DNA of 64,000 bases from an uncultured Armatimonadia bacterium. GTDB taxonomy: Bacteria; Armatimonadota; Zipacnadia; CAVVLO01. The position numbers and the translations under genes are program-made. Of the stretch, positions 9,840-19,243 are shown piece after piece. The first letter of the stretch is position 1. Each line of letters starts with the position of its first letter. The notes beneath the pieces were generated by a model that made no database searches, had not been told where the DNA came from, and was given only the letters and a program-made list of their open reading frames with translations. The stretch is from contig CAVVLO010000002.1 in assembly GCA_963749155.1 (NCBI GenBank), forward strand, positions 32,001 through 96,000, in the 5' to 3' direction.

Positions 9840-10718
9840 TCAACGCGCAGCGGGCGCTTTCCTTGTCATGGGAGCAAAAATACAGGCGCGCGGGGCTTCT
9901 GACTTCGCCAGGTTATTTACGCCAACCAGTAGATCGCTACGATTCAGTCCCAAAGGTTCGGCAGCTTGCCTTACAGCCTGGTCAGTCTGACCAAGGGAAG
10001 CGGTGCGGGCAAGCAGCAAATGGAGCATCATCCGGGTCGGCGAGACCGATAAAGACCGCCGCTCGAGGTCGGTCACTGCGCTCCTGGCCGCTTTGGAGGC
10101 GTCGCTGGCCTCTTCATCACTTAGTCCGGCTAGCATAATCCTGCTGCCTTCAGCGGCCCACTTCAGGTCAGCAGGCTGGGTAGGCAGTGCCCCTTCCTGG
10201 GAGCAGAAGGCTGTCAGGTGCTCGAGCAGCCTGGCTGCCCGATGACCGCGCTGGGCGAACAGCTCCTGGATGGGTGTGACTTTGAGTTGCTCGGAGGGGG
10301 GCAACTGGTCCCATATCACGAGGTCGAAGCAACCTTTTGCAAACTCGACGAGTTCGGCCGAGAGCCCTTCGAGGTTAGCCGAACCAGGGCGCATCGGATC
10401 AGCCATCAGAATCAGCACCGAAAGCTCCGAAGAGACTTTCCCCACCTCGGCGGCAAGTGCTGTCCCGCCTCCGCGCTGCCATTCTTCGACTCCCGCAAGC
10501 GCTATCACGTGAGTGACTCCAGCCAGTTCGCGCTTCAACTCGCGACGCCAGCCAGCTTCACTGCGCAGCAACAGGAAATCAGCGTTGCGGACGAGTCCTG
10601 GCCGGTCCGAAGTAATAAGCACCGAGCGCGCGCCGGGCAGCACCACTTCGCTACTCAGCACCCATTCGCCGAGTTGCTCCATCGCCAGTATCAGCGTCTT
10701 GTTTGAATCCGGCATCAT
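9840..10718 (-). CDS. Highly divergent FtsZ/tubulin-fold protein with degenerate GTPase motifs
   Basis: Colinear by-eye similarity to FtsZ over the whole length (see findings); start placed downstream of a TGnTATACT element at 10751-10759. Confidence 0.6.
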   Translation of the reverse strand: MMPDSNKTLILAMEQLGEWVLSSEVVLPGARSVLITSDRPGLVRNADFLLLRSEAGWRRELKRELAGVTHVIALAGVEEWQRGGGTALAAEVGKVSSELSVLILMADPMRPGSANLEGLSAELVEFAKGCFDLVIWDQLPPSEQLKVTPIQELFAQRGHRAARLLEHLTAFCSQEGALPTQPADLKWAAEGSRIMLAGLSDEEASDASKAARSAVTDLERRSLSVSPTRMMLHLLLARTASLGQTDQAVRQAAEPLGLNRSDLLVGVNNLAKSEAPRACIFAPMTRKAPAAR

Positions 10719-10750
10719 CCACGCCTGCCCTGCAAAACTCTCTTGCCGGC

Positions 10751-10812
10751 AGTATAGCACGCCTTCTGTTCCAGTCGACTTGTTTGACACATAAGAGGCC
10801 CTCTCCTAAGAT
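10751..10812. promoter_or_regulatory. Back-to-back divergent sigma70-type promoters
   Basis: Plus strand: TTGACA 10784-89, 17 bp, TAAGAT 10807-12. Minus strand: extended -10 TGCTATACT at 10751-59. Confidence 0.6.
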
Positions 10813-10819
10813 GCCGCCG

Positions 10820-12137
10820 ATGAGTGAATATCTCGAAACCGCCGCACTTGCCGATTCCTTCGCGCGTTCGCTCAGACCTCGTGGCAGGCTGACTGTGCCG
10901 GGCGGTCTGTTGCGCGCGCTTTGGCGCTATCTGGCCGAGCAACTGGGAGAGGACTGGCAAGAGCACCGGAAGCCCCAGCTCGCGGCCAGGGTGCAGGCGC
11001 TTTCGTCCTGGTATGCGGATCGCTCTCAGCCCTTACCGCCCGATCCGGATTATCACGCGGCGGCTTATGCAGCCTATTTCGTGCCGATGAACTTCCCCAA
11101 GCTGGAGGTCCTGCTGCCTGACTTGCTGCGCGCCAATCTGCTGAAGCCAACTCTGCGAGTGCTGGATCTGGGCTCTGGCCCCGGCACGATTGGATTATCG
11201 CTTATTGATGCGCTAGCGCGCCTGCGGCAGCTCTGGCCAACCGAACAACAAGTGCCCGAGTTGACTCTCGACCTGCAACAGGTCGACCTGGATGCCGAAT
11301 TTGTTGAGGCTGCCCATTGGCTTATTAACTATTACTCAAATCAGTTTGAAGGCGTAAATTGCTGCCTCCACCCTACAGTGACAGGCTCACTTCTGGATGA
11401 GGCAGTGTGGCAGTCAAGTCCAGGGCAAGCAATACGACCTGATAGTCTTCTGCAATGTACTAAATGAGTTATCGACGCTTTCCTGGCCTGAGAGGGCCGA
11501 ACTGGTGCAACGGTACAGTGAAGCACTGGCTCCCGATGGCACACTGGTGCTTATCGAACCTGCGGTAGAAGAAGCTTCGCTAGGAGTGAGAGAGGTACAG
11601 ACAAGCTTGATAGAAGCAGGCTGGACGCTTTTTGCTCCCTGTTATATAACCGCTGAGACCTTCACGCCTGAGGCCTGCCGAAAGTGCTGGTGGGTCGATG
11701 GAGAAGGAGTTGCCCCGATTCGGTTGATCCAGGAGCTAGGCCTCATGCGGCTTAACACTCGTTTTACCTGGGCGCTGCTGCGCAAGGATGGGCGCAGCCG
11801 ACATGAAGCCCTGCTGCAGCAAGGCTTCGAGATACCTGCTTTCGAACCCGGAAGAGAAGAACTGGTGGGTTTCTGCGCGGGCAGCAACCTTTACCGGGAC
11901 AAACACTTCAGGTACAAACTCTGCGATGCCAGGCATGGCGCCAATTATGTCCATCTGCTTGGATATAAACAATTGATTAGTGACTCTAATCAGCAACTCC
12001 GTGCTCTTCGCCCAGGAGACCTGGTATGCGTGCATCCCGCCGAATTCACGACGCGCGATGATGGCACACCGGTCAGCAGTGATTGGGTAGTCCACGTTGG
12101 GCGCACAAGCGAATTGGCAAAGCTGGAGTCACGCTAG
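10820..12137 (+). CDS. Rsm22-like class I SAM-dependent methyltransferase (frameshift near 11415)
   Basis: AAAYAAYFVP.N, RVLDLGSGPGT; second frame continues YDLIVFCNVLNEL, GTLVLIEPA, FAPC..C..CW. Confidence 0.75.
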
Positions 12138-12284
12138 ACGCATTACGTTTCATTTCTGTAAACAACCTCAATCCTTCTGTTACATCTGATACCCTTTGAA
12201 CACTTGGACAGGCGCCTTGGCTGCCTGACTCTTCCTTGGATTCCTTTTTCGCCGAAAAACTTGTAACAATTCGTCTCGCTACAG

Positions 12285-12312
12285 TTGACAAACTGTAACA
12301 GACTGCTATGAT
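12285..12312 (+). promoter_or_regulatory. sigma70-type promoter
   Basis: TTGACA 12285-90, 16 bp, TGc-TATGAT 12307-12. Confidence 0.7.
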
Positions 12313-12582
12313 GATAATAGTTTAATGAATGTGGCTCGAAGGCGCCGGCCCTTACTGCCCAAACACCAAGGCTTGCCAGTCGAGTGATCGCAGCACTTCA
12401 TCGCAGCAACCATCGCAGTCCTTCTACACAGCCTTGGCCAACGGTTCGCCCGGTTTCATTAGCTGGGCAATTTACTGTAATGGTGGCCCTTCCACAGCCA
12501 AACGCCCAGCTTTGCTGTACCTGCAGTTTATCAGCCAAACAAGGGCTTGGAGGCCCTGATTAATCTTAGGGAGAGTGGAAAG

Positions 12583-13623
12583 ATGAAACTCGGTTATCTC
12601 TTATTTGTTGTGTTGTTTGTTCTGTCGCTTGCTTTTGTAGCAGGCGCCCAGACGCTTGATTGCTCCGGTCGCCCAGGCGGCAGTGGTGGAGGCTGCGGCG
12701 GAGGCTGCGGTGGAGGTTGTGGGCAGCCTTGCGATGGCCTGGTAACGGTCATAAGCGATGATGCTTGTGTCGTGACTGATGACAACGTTAACTGGAACCA
12801 TGCGGTCGAGATCGACTTTCCTATCTGGCCAAATGAACTGACGGACACCTACGGCGCGCAGTACATTTGGGCCTGCCAGCTTCCGGTACCGCTGTCTTAC
12901 TTCGGCCCTTACCGATTCACCAAAGTATTCTACCTGCCGCGCAGTCGCAGTTATGACGGCTGGATCAAGGCGACCGCCGACAACTGCTACATGATGTATG
13001 TGAATGGTCAGTTCATTGGCGGCACTTGTCAGTCAGAGCTTCCTAGTGGCGATCCACTGGAATATATGACCAACGCAGGTGGAGTCGAGGTTGACCCGCG
13101 TCAGTGGGCCATTCCCGAGGAATTCGTGCTGGATGAGACCGTCCTGCATCCTGGCTGGAACTGCATTGACTGTTATGGGACCAACTGGCTGACCTTCTGG
13201 CTCAACGGCAGACAGATGAACGTAAATCCAGGCGAGGGCAATCCCGCAGGCGTCATCTTTGCTGCTCAGATCCATCACGATTGCTATACCTCAATCAAGA
13301 TGACTCCCCAGGCGCTCAACAACACCAGCAGCGGCAAGTATGTGAAACTTCATATTGCGAAGGCGCCCGAATCTTGGCACACCGGTTGGCAGAATCTTCT
13401 GCTTAACGGCGAGATAGCTCCTCTGGAGGCCAAGAGCCTGGGCGGAGCAGCTTGCGCTGGCGCGCTGCAGGTCGTCTACTCGCGTCAGGCTGTCGAGGAA
13501 TGGCTTGCTGCTAATGTCTACAACGCTGGCACCTGGGAAGGGCGTTATACCTTCTGGGTGGAATATGATGGTTTCTTCGGCGAGGACAATATCAAGATAA
13601 TGGATCCGCCGAAATTCAAGTAA
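12583..13623 (+). CDS. Secreted Cys-rich protein with galactose-binding-like beta-sandwich domain
   Basis: Signal peptide; GGGC x3 linker; AQYIW..YRFTKVF..ATADN...YVNG..LHPGWN..NPAGVIF pattern. Confidence 0.65.
   Translation: MKLGYLLFVVLFVLSLAFVAGAQTLDCSGRPGGSGGGCGGGCGGGCGQPCDGLVTVISDDACVVTDDNVNWNHAVEIDFPIWPNELTDTYGAQYIWACQLPVPLSYFGPYRFTKVFYLPRSRSYDGWIKATADNCYMMYVNGQFIGGTCQSELPSGDPLEYMTNAGGVEVDPRQWAIPEEFVLDETVLHPGWNCIDCYGTNWLTFWLNGRQMNVNPGEGNPAGVIFAAQIHHDCYTSIKMTPQALNNTSSGKYVKLHIAKAPESWHTGWQNLLLNGEIAPLEAKSLGGAACAGALQVVYSRQAVEEWLAANVYNAGTWEGRYTFWVEYDGFFGEDNIKIMDPPKFK
12685..12720 (+). repeat. Three 12-nt tandem repeats encoding (GGGC)3
   Basis: ggtggaggctgc ggcggaggctgc ggtggaggttgt. Confidence 0.85.
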
Positions 13624-13649
13624 GTGATAACTGGCCCTGGGTAATATCA

Positions 13650-13684
13650 AGACGGCGGGCTCCAAGCCCGCCGTCTCTCTTTTT
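13650..13684 (+). terminator. Intrinsic terminator
   Basis: AGACGGCGGGCT-cca-AGCCCGCCGTCT followed by CTCTTTTT. Confidence 0.85.
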
Positions 13685-13735
13685 GTCAGCCCTATGTATA
13701 ATAAAGGTATTCTCTTGGAGAAGGAGCCTGCGCAT

Positions 13736-14629
13736 ATGCCGTGGACTGGAGTCATACCTGCTGTCGTAACTCCCTTTAACTCAGCGGGAGAACTCGAACC
13801 TGCACTGCTGGAAGGGGTAATTGAATATCTATTGGAGGCAGGTTGCTCTGGCCTGTTCGTTGCGGGCACTCGTGGAGAGGCAATTACCCTGTCAGCCGAA
13901 GAGCGCGCAACCGTCTTGCGGACTACAGTCGCCAGGACGGCTGGCGCGGTGCCTGTCTTCTTTGGGATAGGCATGGCTAGCACCAGAGAGACCCTGCAAT
14001 ATGCGGCAATGGGGGCTGAATACGGCGCTGATGTGCTTGTAGTGGTAGAGCCTTACTTTTTCAAATACTCGCAAGAAGAACTCCAGGCTCATTATGCCAC
14101 GATTGCAGAGGGCGCTACCCGCCCAGTTATGGCCTACCATCTGCCTCAATTGACAGGCAACTCGCTTGCGCCCCAAACCCTGGCCAGGCTGGCTCTCCAT
14201 CGCAACCTGGTCGGCGTGAAGGACAGCGGGCCCGACCTGCTCAACACAAGAGCATATCTGGAGCAGACCCCGGATGACTTCACTGTGCTGGTAGGGAATG
14301 ATATCGCCATACCCGCGGCCCTGCTAATGGGCGCCCATGGTATCATCTCGGGCCCCTCCAATGTGTTGCCTCGGCTCTATGTAGCGCTCTTTGAAGCTTG
14401 CCAGAGTGGCAACCTGACCGAGCAACAGCGCCTTTATGGGCTGGAACTTGAATTGCTTCAGGCCTTGACTGGATATGGCAGTCAGGGGGCTACTACCAAG
14501 GAAGCAATGCGCTCACTAGGTATCGATGCAGGGTTGGCCAGGCGCCCTTCCCTGCCCTCATCGCCTGAAAACCAGGCCAGGCTAGCCCAGCGTGTGCTTG
14601 ACCTCGAACGGAGGCTGGCTGGCAATTGA
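13736..14629 (+). CDS. Dihydrodipicolinate synthase/N-acetylneuraminate lyase family aldolase
   Basis: GVIPAVVTPF, GTRGE, YHLP, Schiff-base Lys in GVKDS; AAGGAG RBS. Confidence 0.9.
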   Translation: MPWTGVIPAVVTPFNSAGELEPALLEGVIEYLLEAGCSGLFVAGTRGEAITLSAEERATVLRTTVARTAGAVPVFFGIGMASTRETLQYAAMGAEYGADVLVVVEPYFFKYSQEELQAHYATIAEGATRPVMAYHLPQLTGNSLAPQTLARLALHRNLVGVKDSGPDLLNTRAYLEQTPDDFTVLVGNDIAIPAALLMGAHGIISGPSNVLPRLYVALFEACQSGNLTEQQRLYGLELELLQALTGYGSQGATTKEAMRSLGIDAGLARRPSLPSSPENQARLAQRVLDLERRLAGN

Positions 14630-15691
14630 AGCGTAGCCTCTCCAGGCAAGAATCCCAAAGCCTGCGCTGGTATTTACAGCCAAGACTCGCCGGCAGTCTG
14701 TTGTTTTCCTGGGGCGCCCTGGTCTGGTACCTGCAGGTAAATACTCTGGTACTCGACCTTGCGCGCATAAAAGCCCTTCTGGCCTACATAATCCTGTTGC
14801 TCTTTGCCTGGCTTGCCCTTGCTTCGGCGCAGCATACTCGGGAACTGACTGGCCAGGGGAGGCCTTTGCTGATAGTCGCCTCGTCTCTGGCTACGCTACC
14901 TAGCCCTTGGAGTGATTTATGCCAAGCTGACCGTGCTACCAGAGACCGTTCCCTTTGTCCACAAGTTCGAGCAGGTGGAACTGCCCGCCGAGGGGGGCAC
15001 TGTCTCAGGTTTCTACTTCTCACCCAAAGCCCCCAAGTCGGCAGTATTGCTTGTGCATGACCTGGGCGCCCAGTCCCATACGCCGGCGATGGCAACTCTG
15101 GCCGACCAACTGGCTCAACAGCACGCGGTGTTGACTCTCGACCTGCCAGGCCACGGCCGGAGCGGAGGGCAAGCGGGAGGAGACGTAACTGGGCTATTAT
15201 TTGAGGCAGTCAGTTTACTGAAGCAACGCGCCTTGGGCGCTCCGGTAGTTGGCCTTGGGGTTGGATTTGGGGCTATCTACCTCCTTGCTGCCGAGAAAAA
15301 GGAACCTGCCTTCCAGTCCTTGGTGCTGGTAAGTCCTGCCTATTCTGATGCGCTAGTTCAGCAATTCTGTACTCGTTCGGAGGGCCCGGTAGTGCGCTAT
15401 ATGTATCGGGTAGCAGGCATCAGACTGGCGCGCAAGGTGACCTGCACGGCGCCCGAGACTCTGCTTGCCTCGACAAAGGCCTTCCCTCGCACTCTGCTGA
15501 TTGCTGGCAAGAGCGACGGCGTGTTCCCTCCGGATGAAGCCGAACAAATCCAAAAACAGCTTCCCGCAGGCTCAGCCAAATTGGAGTTGCTGCCTGGCTC
15601 TCATGGGGAGGCCCTGTATGCAGACCAGCCAGACGAGTTCTACACACTGATTGAGAAGTGGCTTGCAGAAACAAGCTCTGGCCCTGACTAA
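14626..15691 (+). CDS. Membrane-anchored alpha/beta-hydrolase-fold protein (frameshift near 14900)
   Basis: N-terminal TM helices in the first frame; LDLPGHGRS, LIAGKSD and GSH in the second frame. Confidence 0.7.
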
Positions 15692-15722
15692 CTGGCCAGG
15701 CCTGCAAAGCCTGCCTCTCTCC

Positions 15723-15731
15723 TGCTATAAT
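15723..15731 (+). promoter_or_regulatory. Extended -10 element upstream of murJ
   Basis: TGCTATAAT. Confidence 0.55.
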
Positions 15732-15784
15732 CCATCGCCGGCGCGAAGTCCACACCTCGCTTGCCAAACCACAAAGGGCATCTG

Positions 15785-17428
15785 ATGACTGATACACCTG
15801 ACAAAGAATTGCTTGCCGAGGCTGAACAGGCCCCCAAGCTTATGGCTACAACCGGCCGCGCAATGGCCGGCGCGGCTGCCATTATGATGATTACGATATT
15901 CCTTGCGCGCATATTGGGCGTGGTGAGGGAGAGCGTAACTGTCTATGTCTTCGGTAGCGCCTCAATGGAGATGGCCGCTATCGAAGCCGCGCTTACTGTG
16001 CCCAATCTTATTTTTTACCTGGTTGCAGGAGGGGCGGTACGCAGCGGCTTTGTGCCCGTTTTCACTGGCTTTGTCGCCAAGAAGCAATATCGTGAGGCCT
16101 GGGGACTATTCAGCAACTACACTACTTTCCTGGTAGTAGTCGGAGGCCTAGTCCTGACGCTATGCGTGGTGTTCGCAAGGCCTCTGGTGCATATCGCGGC
16201 GCCTGGCTTTGAAGGCTCTCAGCTTGATATGGCCGTCCAGCTTACCCGGTGGATGCTTCCAGTGCAGCTCTTCTTGCTGCTTGGAGGCCTTTTTGGAGGC
16301 CTGCTTAATACTCTGGGGGTCTTCTGGACACCGGCTCTTGCGCCCATTCTTTACAATGCTGGCATAATTGGCTGCGTGCTGGTGCTTAGCCCCAGCCTGG
16401 GGGCACTCAGCTTTGCGGTCGGGATGCTGGTTGGCGCAGTAGGTGGTCATTTCCTGATCCAGTTGCCCTCCCTTTTCATCCACAAGATCCGTTTCTGGCC
16501 TAACTTCCATTGGAGCGATGAAGGCTTCAAGACCGTACTAAAAATAGCAGTACCTATTATCGTGGGACTGACGGCTGTTGAGATAAATGGCCGCGTCAAT
16601 ATCGCTCTTGCTTCCTGGATTTCGAATGAAGCGGTCGTCGCGCTGGGCCGGGCTTTCAGAGTCGCAAGGCTTCCTGATGGCATATTCGCCATGGGAGTAG
16701 GCATTGCAATGTTGCCAGCGCTTTCTCATATTGGCGCGATGGCCGAGATGCAGCGTTTTAGAGATACTCTGGCAACTGCCTTGCGGGCCATTATCGTGGC
16801 AACGGTCCCTTCGGCGGCCTTGTTGTTAGTGCTTAGAGAACCAGTAATGGCTTTGATTTATCAGCATGGCGACAAGGTAAGGCCAGAGGACATCCGCCTG
16901 ATGGCGATAATCCTGGCCTTTTACGCCTTGGGCATCGTACCGCTGTCACTTCGGGTAGTGCTGACACGTGCCTTCTATGCGCTCAAGAATAGCTGGGTTC
17001 CTGCAGTGGTAGGCTGTATCGAAGTAGTGCTTTGCATAACGCTCAACTTTCTTACAGTGAAACATTTCGGCGCCTGGGGACTTGCCCTGGGCACCTCTAT
17101 CGCCAGCCTTGTCGCCATGGTTATAATGTTTTGGGCTTTTTACAAGAAGGTCGGCCCGCTTGGCGCCCGCAGGATGGGCAGTGGGCTCATCAAGACTGGG
17201 ATGGCCGCTGTCGGGATGAGCGTTGTAGCCAGTTTCACCTATGAGGGCCTGTTTGCCGTACTTCCCCAGGGGCTGATGGGGATGGCTCTCTCGTTTTTGG
17301 TGGCGACCTGTCTTTCGGTTGCCAGCTACCTGGCCTTTTGCAAAGGCCTGGGCGTTGAAGAAATCAATCTGGTACTTTCCGGCCTGACGCGTCGGTTCAG
17401 GCCAAAATCAAGCACTACCCAAGGTTAG
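15785..17428 (+). CDS. murJ: Lipid II flippase MurJ (MviN)
   Basis: ARILGVVRE, PNL..LVAGG..GFVP.F, RLP.GIF, TRAFYALK; many TM helices. Confidence 0.92.
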   Translation: MTDTPDKELLAEAEQAPKLMATTGRAMAGAAAIMMITIFLARILGVVRESVTVYVFGSASMEMAAIEAALTVPNLIFYLVAGGAVRSGFVPVFTGFVAKKQYREAWGLFSNYTTFLVVVGGLVLTLCVVFARPLVHIAAPGFEGSQLDMAVQLTRWMLPVQLFLLLGGLFGGLLNTLGVFWTPALAPILYNAGIIGCVLVLSPSLGALSFAVGMLVGAVGGHFLIQLPSLFIHKIRFWPNFHWSDEGFKTVLKIAVPIIVGLTAVEINGRVNIALASWISNEAVVALGRAFRVARLPDGIFAMGVGIAMLPALSHIGAMAEMQRFRDTLATALRAIIVATVPSAALLLVLREPVMALIYQHGDKVRPEDIRLMAIILAFYALGIVPLSLRVVLTRAFYALKNSWVPAVVGCIEVVLCITLNFLTVKHFGAWGLALGTSIASLVAMVIMFWAFYKKVGPLGARRMGSGLIKTGMAAVGMSVVASFTYEGLFAVLPQGLMGMALSFLVATCLSVASYLAFCKGLGVEEINLVLSGLTRRFRPKSSTTQG

Positions 17429-17431
17429 GTA

Positions 17432-19243
17432 ATGGAACAAGAGCTTACCCATATTCGTAACTTCTGCATCGTGGCGCATATCGACCACGGCAAGTCGACG
17501 CTGGCTGACCGGCTGCTCGAATACTGCGGCAATATCAATGCGCGCGAGCGGCGCGACCAGTTGCTTGATCAGATGGACCTGGAGCGCGAACGCGGTATAA
17601 CAATCAAGGCCAGCGCCGCTACCCTGCAATATCAGGCTGATGATGGTCTCACCTATGAACTCAACCTTATCGACACTCCCGGCCACGTAGATTTTTCCTA
17701 CGAGGTATCGCGCAGTATGGCGGCCTGTGAGGGCGCTTTATTGCTGGTGGATGCCGTGCATGGTATCCAGGCCCAGACCGTGGCCAACTGCTATCTTGCC
17801 CTCGAGAACAACCTCGAGATAGTGCCTGTCATCAACAAGATAGATATGTCTTTTGCAGACATTGCGCGGGTCTCTGAAGAACTGAAGGAATTCCTGGGAT
17901 TCCGGCCTGACGAAATTGTCCTGGCAAGCGCTAAAGAAGGCATTGGCACCAAAGAGGTGCTGGAAGCCATTGTCAAACGCCTGCCAGCCCCCAAAGGAGA
18001 TCCGGACGCTCCTCTAAAAGCTTTGATCTTTGATAGCGCTTATGACTCCTATGTTGGGGCAGTTGCGCATATCCGCCTGGTTGACGGAAAAGTCCGCAAA
18101 CGCGATATGTTGAAGATAATGTCCACTGGCAAGCAGTTCGAAGTGGACGAGGTGGGCATCTTCACCCCCAGGCTTCAGCTTGGCGAACAGCTTTCCGCGG
18201 GCCAGGTCGGCTATGTAGTAGCAGGCATCAAGGAAGTGCGAGACACTCGCAGTGGTGACACCATCACTTCAGCGGTCAATCCTGCCGAAACACCTCTGCC
18301 TGGCTATAATGACGTGAAGCCGATGGTCTTCTGTGGGCTATATCCGGTCAACGGAGAAGACTATCCAGTGCTTGCAGATGCAATTGAGAAGCTCAAGCTT
18401 AACGATGCCTCCTTCTCCTTCGAGCCAGAAAGCTCGGTCGCTCTGGGATTTGGTTACAGGTGCGGCTTTTTGGGCTTGCTGCATATGGAGATCTCGGTCG
18501 AGCGGTTGAGGCGCGAATTCGACCTCGAGCTAATAGCCACGGCGCCGAGCGTTGTATATCGCGTTTACCTGACGTCTGGAGAAATGCACGAGATAGACAG
18601 CCCAGCCAAGTTTCCGGTGGCCGAGCGCCTGGCTGCGCTTGAAGAACCAATCGTGCTAATGAAGATCTTCACCCCAGAGGAATATATAGGCTCCTGTATG
18701 GAACTTGCTCAGGACAGGCGGGGCCTCTTCCAGGATATGCACTTCGATACCCGCGACCGGGTGACCTTGACCTACAAGCTGCCCCTGGCCGAGATGCTGA
18801 TGGAGTTTATGGATCAACTCAAGAGCCGCACTCGCGGTTATGCCAGCTTCGATTATGACTTCTGCGAATACACCAAAGCAGAATTGTCCAAGGTCGACGT
18901 GATGATTAACCACGAAGTGGTTGACGCGCTTTCCTTCATCACCCACAAGAGCCTGGCCGAACGGCGTGGCCGGGCCCTGGTGGACAAGCTGAAGGAAGTC
19001 ATAGACCGGCAGCTCTTCGAGGTGCGTATACAGGCGGCGATCGGCTCGCGTATCATCGCCTCGGCCAAACTGACTGCTTACCGTAAAGACGTAATAGCCA
19101 AATGCTACGGGGGCGATATTACCCGCAAGCGGAAGCTGCTGGACAAGCAGAAAGAAGGCAAGAAGCGGATGAAGCAGATAGGCAAGGTGGAGGTGCCGCA
19201 AGAGGCCTTCCTCAGCGTGCTCAGGCTCGAGCGGGAGCAATGA
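17432..19243 (+). CDS. lepA: Elongation factor 4
   Basis: [41 protein letters not shown]. Confidence 0.99.
   Translation: MEQELTHIRNFCIVAHIDHGKSTLADRLLEYCGNINARERRDQLLDQMDLERERGITIKASAATLQYQADDGLTYELNLIDTPGHVDFSYEVSRSMAACEGALLLVDAVHGIQAQTVANCYLALENNLEIVPVINKIDMSFADIARVSEELKEFLGFRPDEIVLASAKEGIGTKEVLEAIVKRLPAPKGDPDAPLKALIFDSAYDSYVGAVAHIRLVDGKVRKRDMLKIMSTGKQFEVDEVGIFTPRLQLGEQLSAGQVGYVVAGIKEVRDTRSGDTITSAVNPAETPLPGYNDVKPMVFCGLYPVNGEDYPVLADAIEKLKLNDASFSFEPESSVALGFGYRCGFLGLLHMEISVERLRREFDLELIATAPSVVYRVYLTSGEMHEIDSPAKFPVAERLAALEEPIVLMKIFTPEEYIGSCMELAQDRRGLFQDMHFDTRDRVTLTYKLPLAEMLMEFMDQLKSRTRGYASFDYDFCEYTKAELSKVDVMINHEVVDALSFITHKSLAERRGRALVDKLKEVIDRQLFEVRIQAAIGSRIIASAKLTAYRKDVIAKCYGGDITRKRKLLDKQKEGKKRMKQIGKVEVPQEAFLSVLRLEREQ

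Noticed and set aside
9840..10718. Calling this the cell-division ftsZ
   Set aside because: Lacks GGGTGTG, NxDxxD and the C-terminal peptide, and is not in a dcw cluster
7895..12137. Complete defence island (MTase plus second methyltransferase)
   Set aside because: The second enzyme is Rsm22-like rather than a DNA MTase; no nuclease, helicase or mobility signature and no obvious compositional shift
12329..12559. 76-aa ORF in the leader region
   Set aside because: No RBS and low-complexity Ser/Gln composition; the region is better explained as a 5' UTR, though a leader peptide is not excluded
13736..14629. Calling this gene dapA
   Set aside because: GTRGE instead of GTTGE, YHLP instead of YNVP and no lysine-pathway context; only a family-level call is supported
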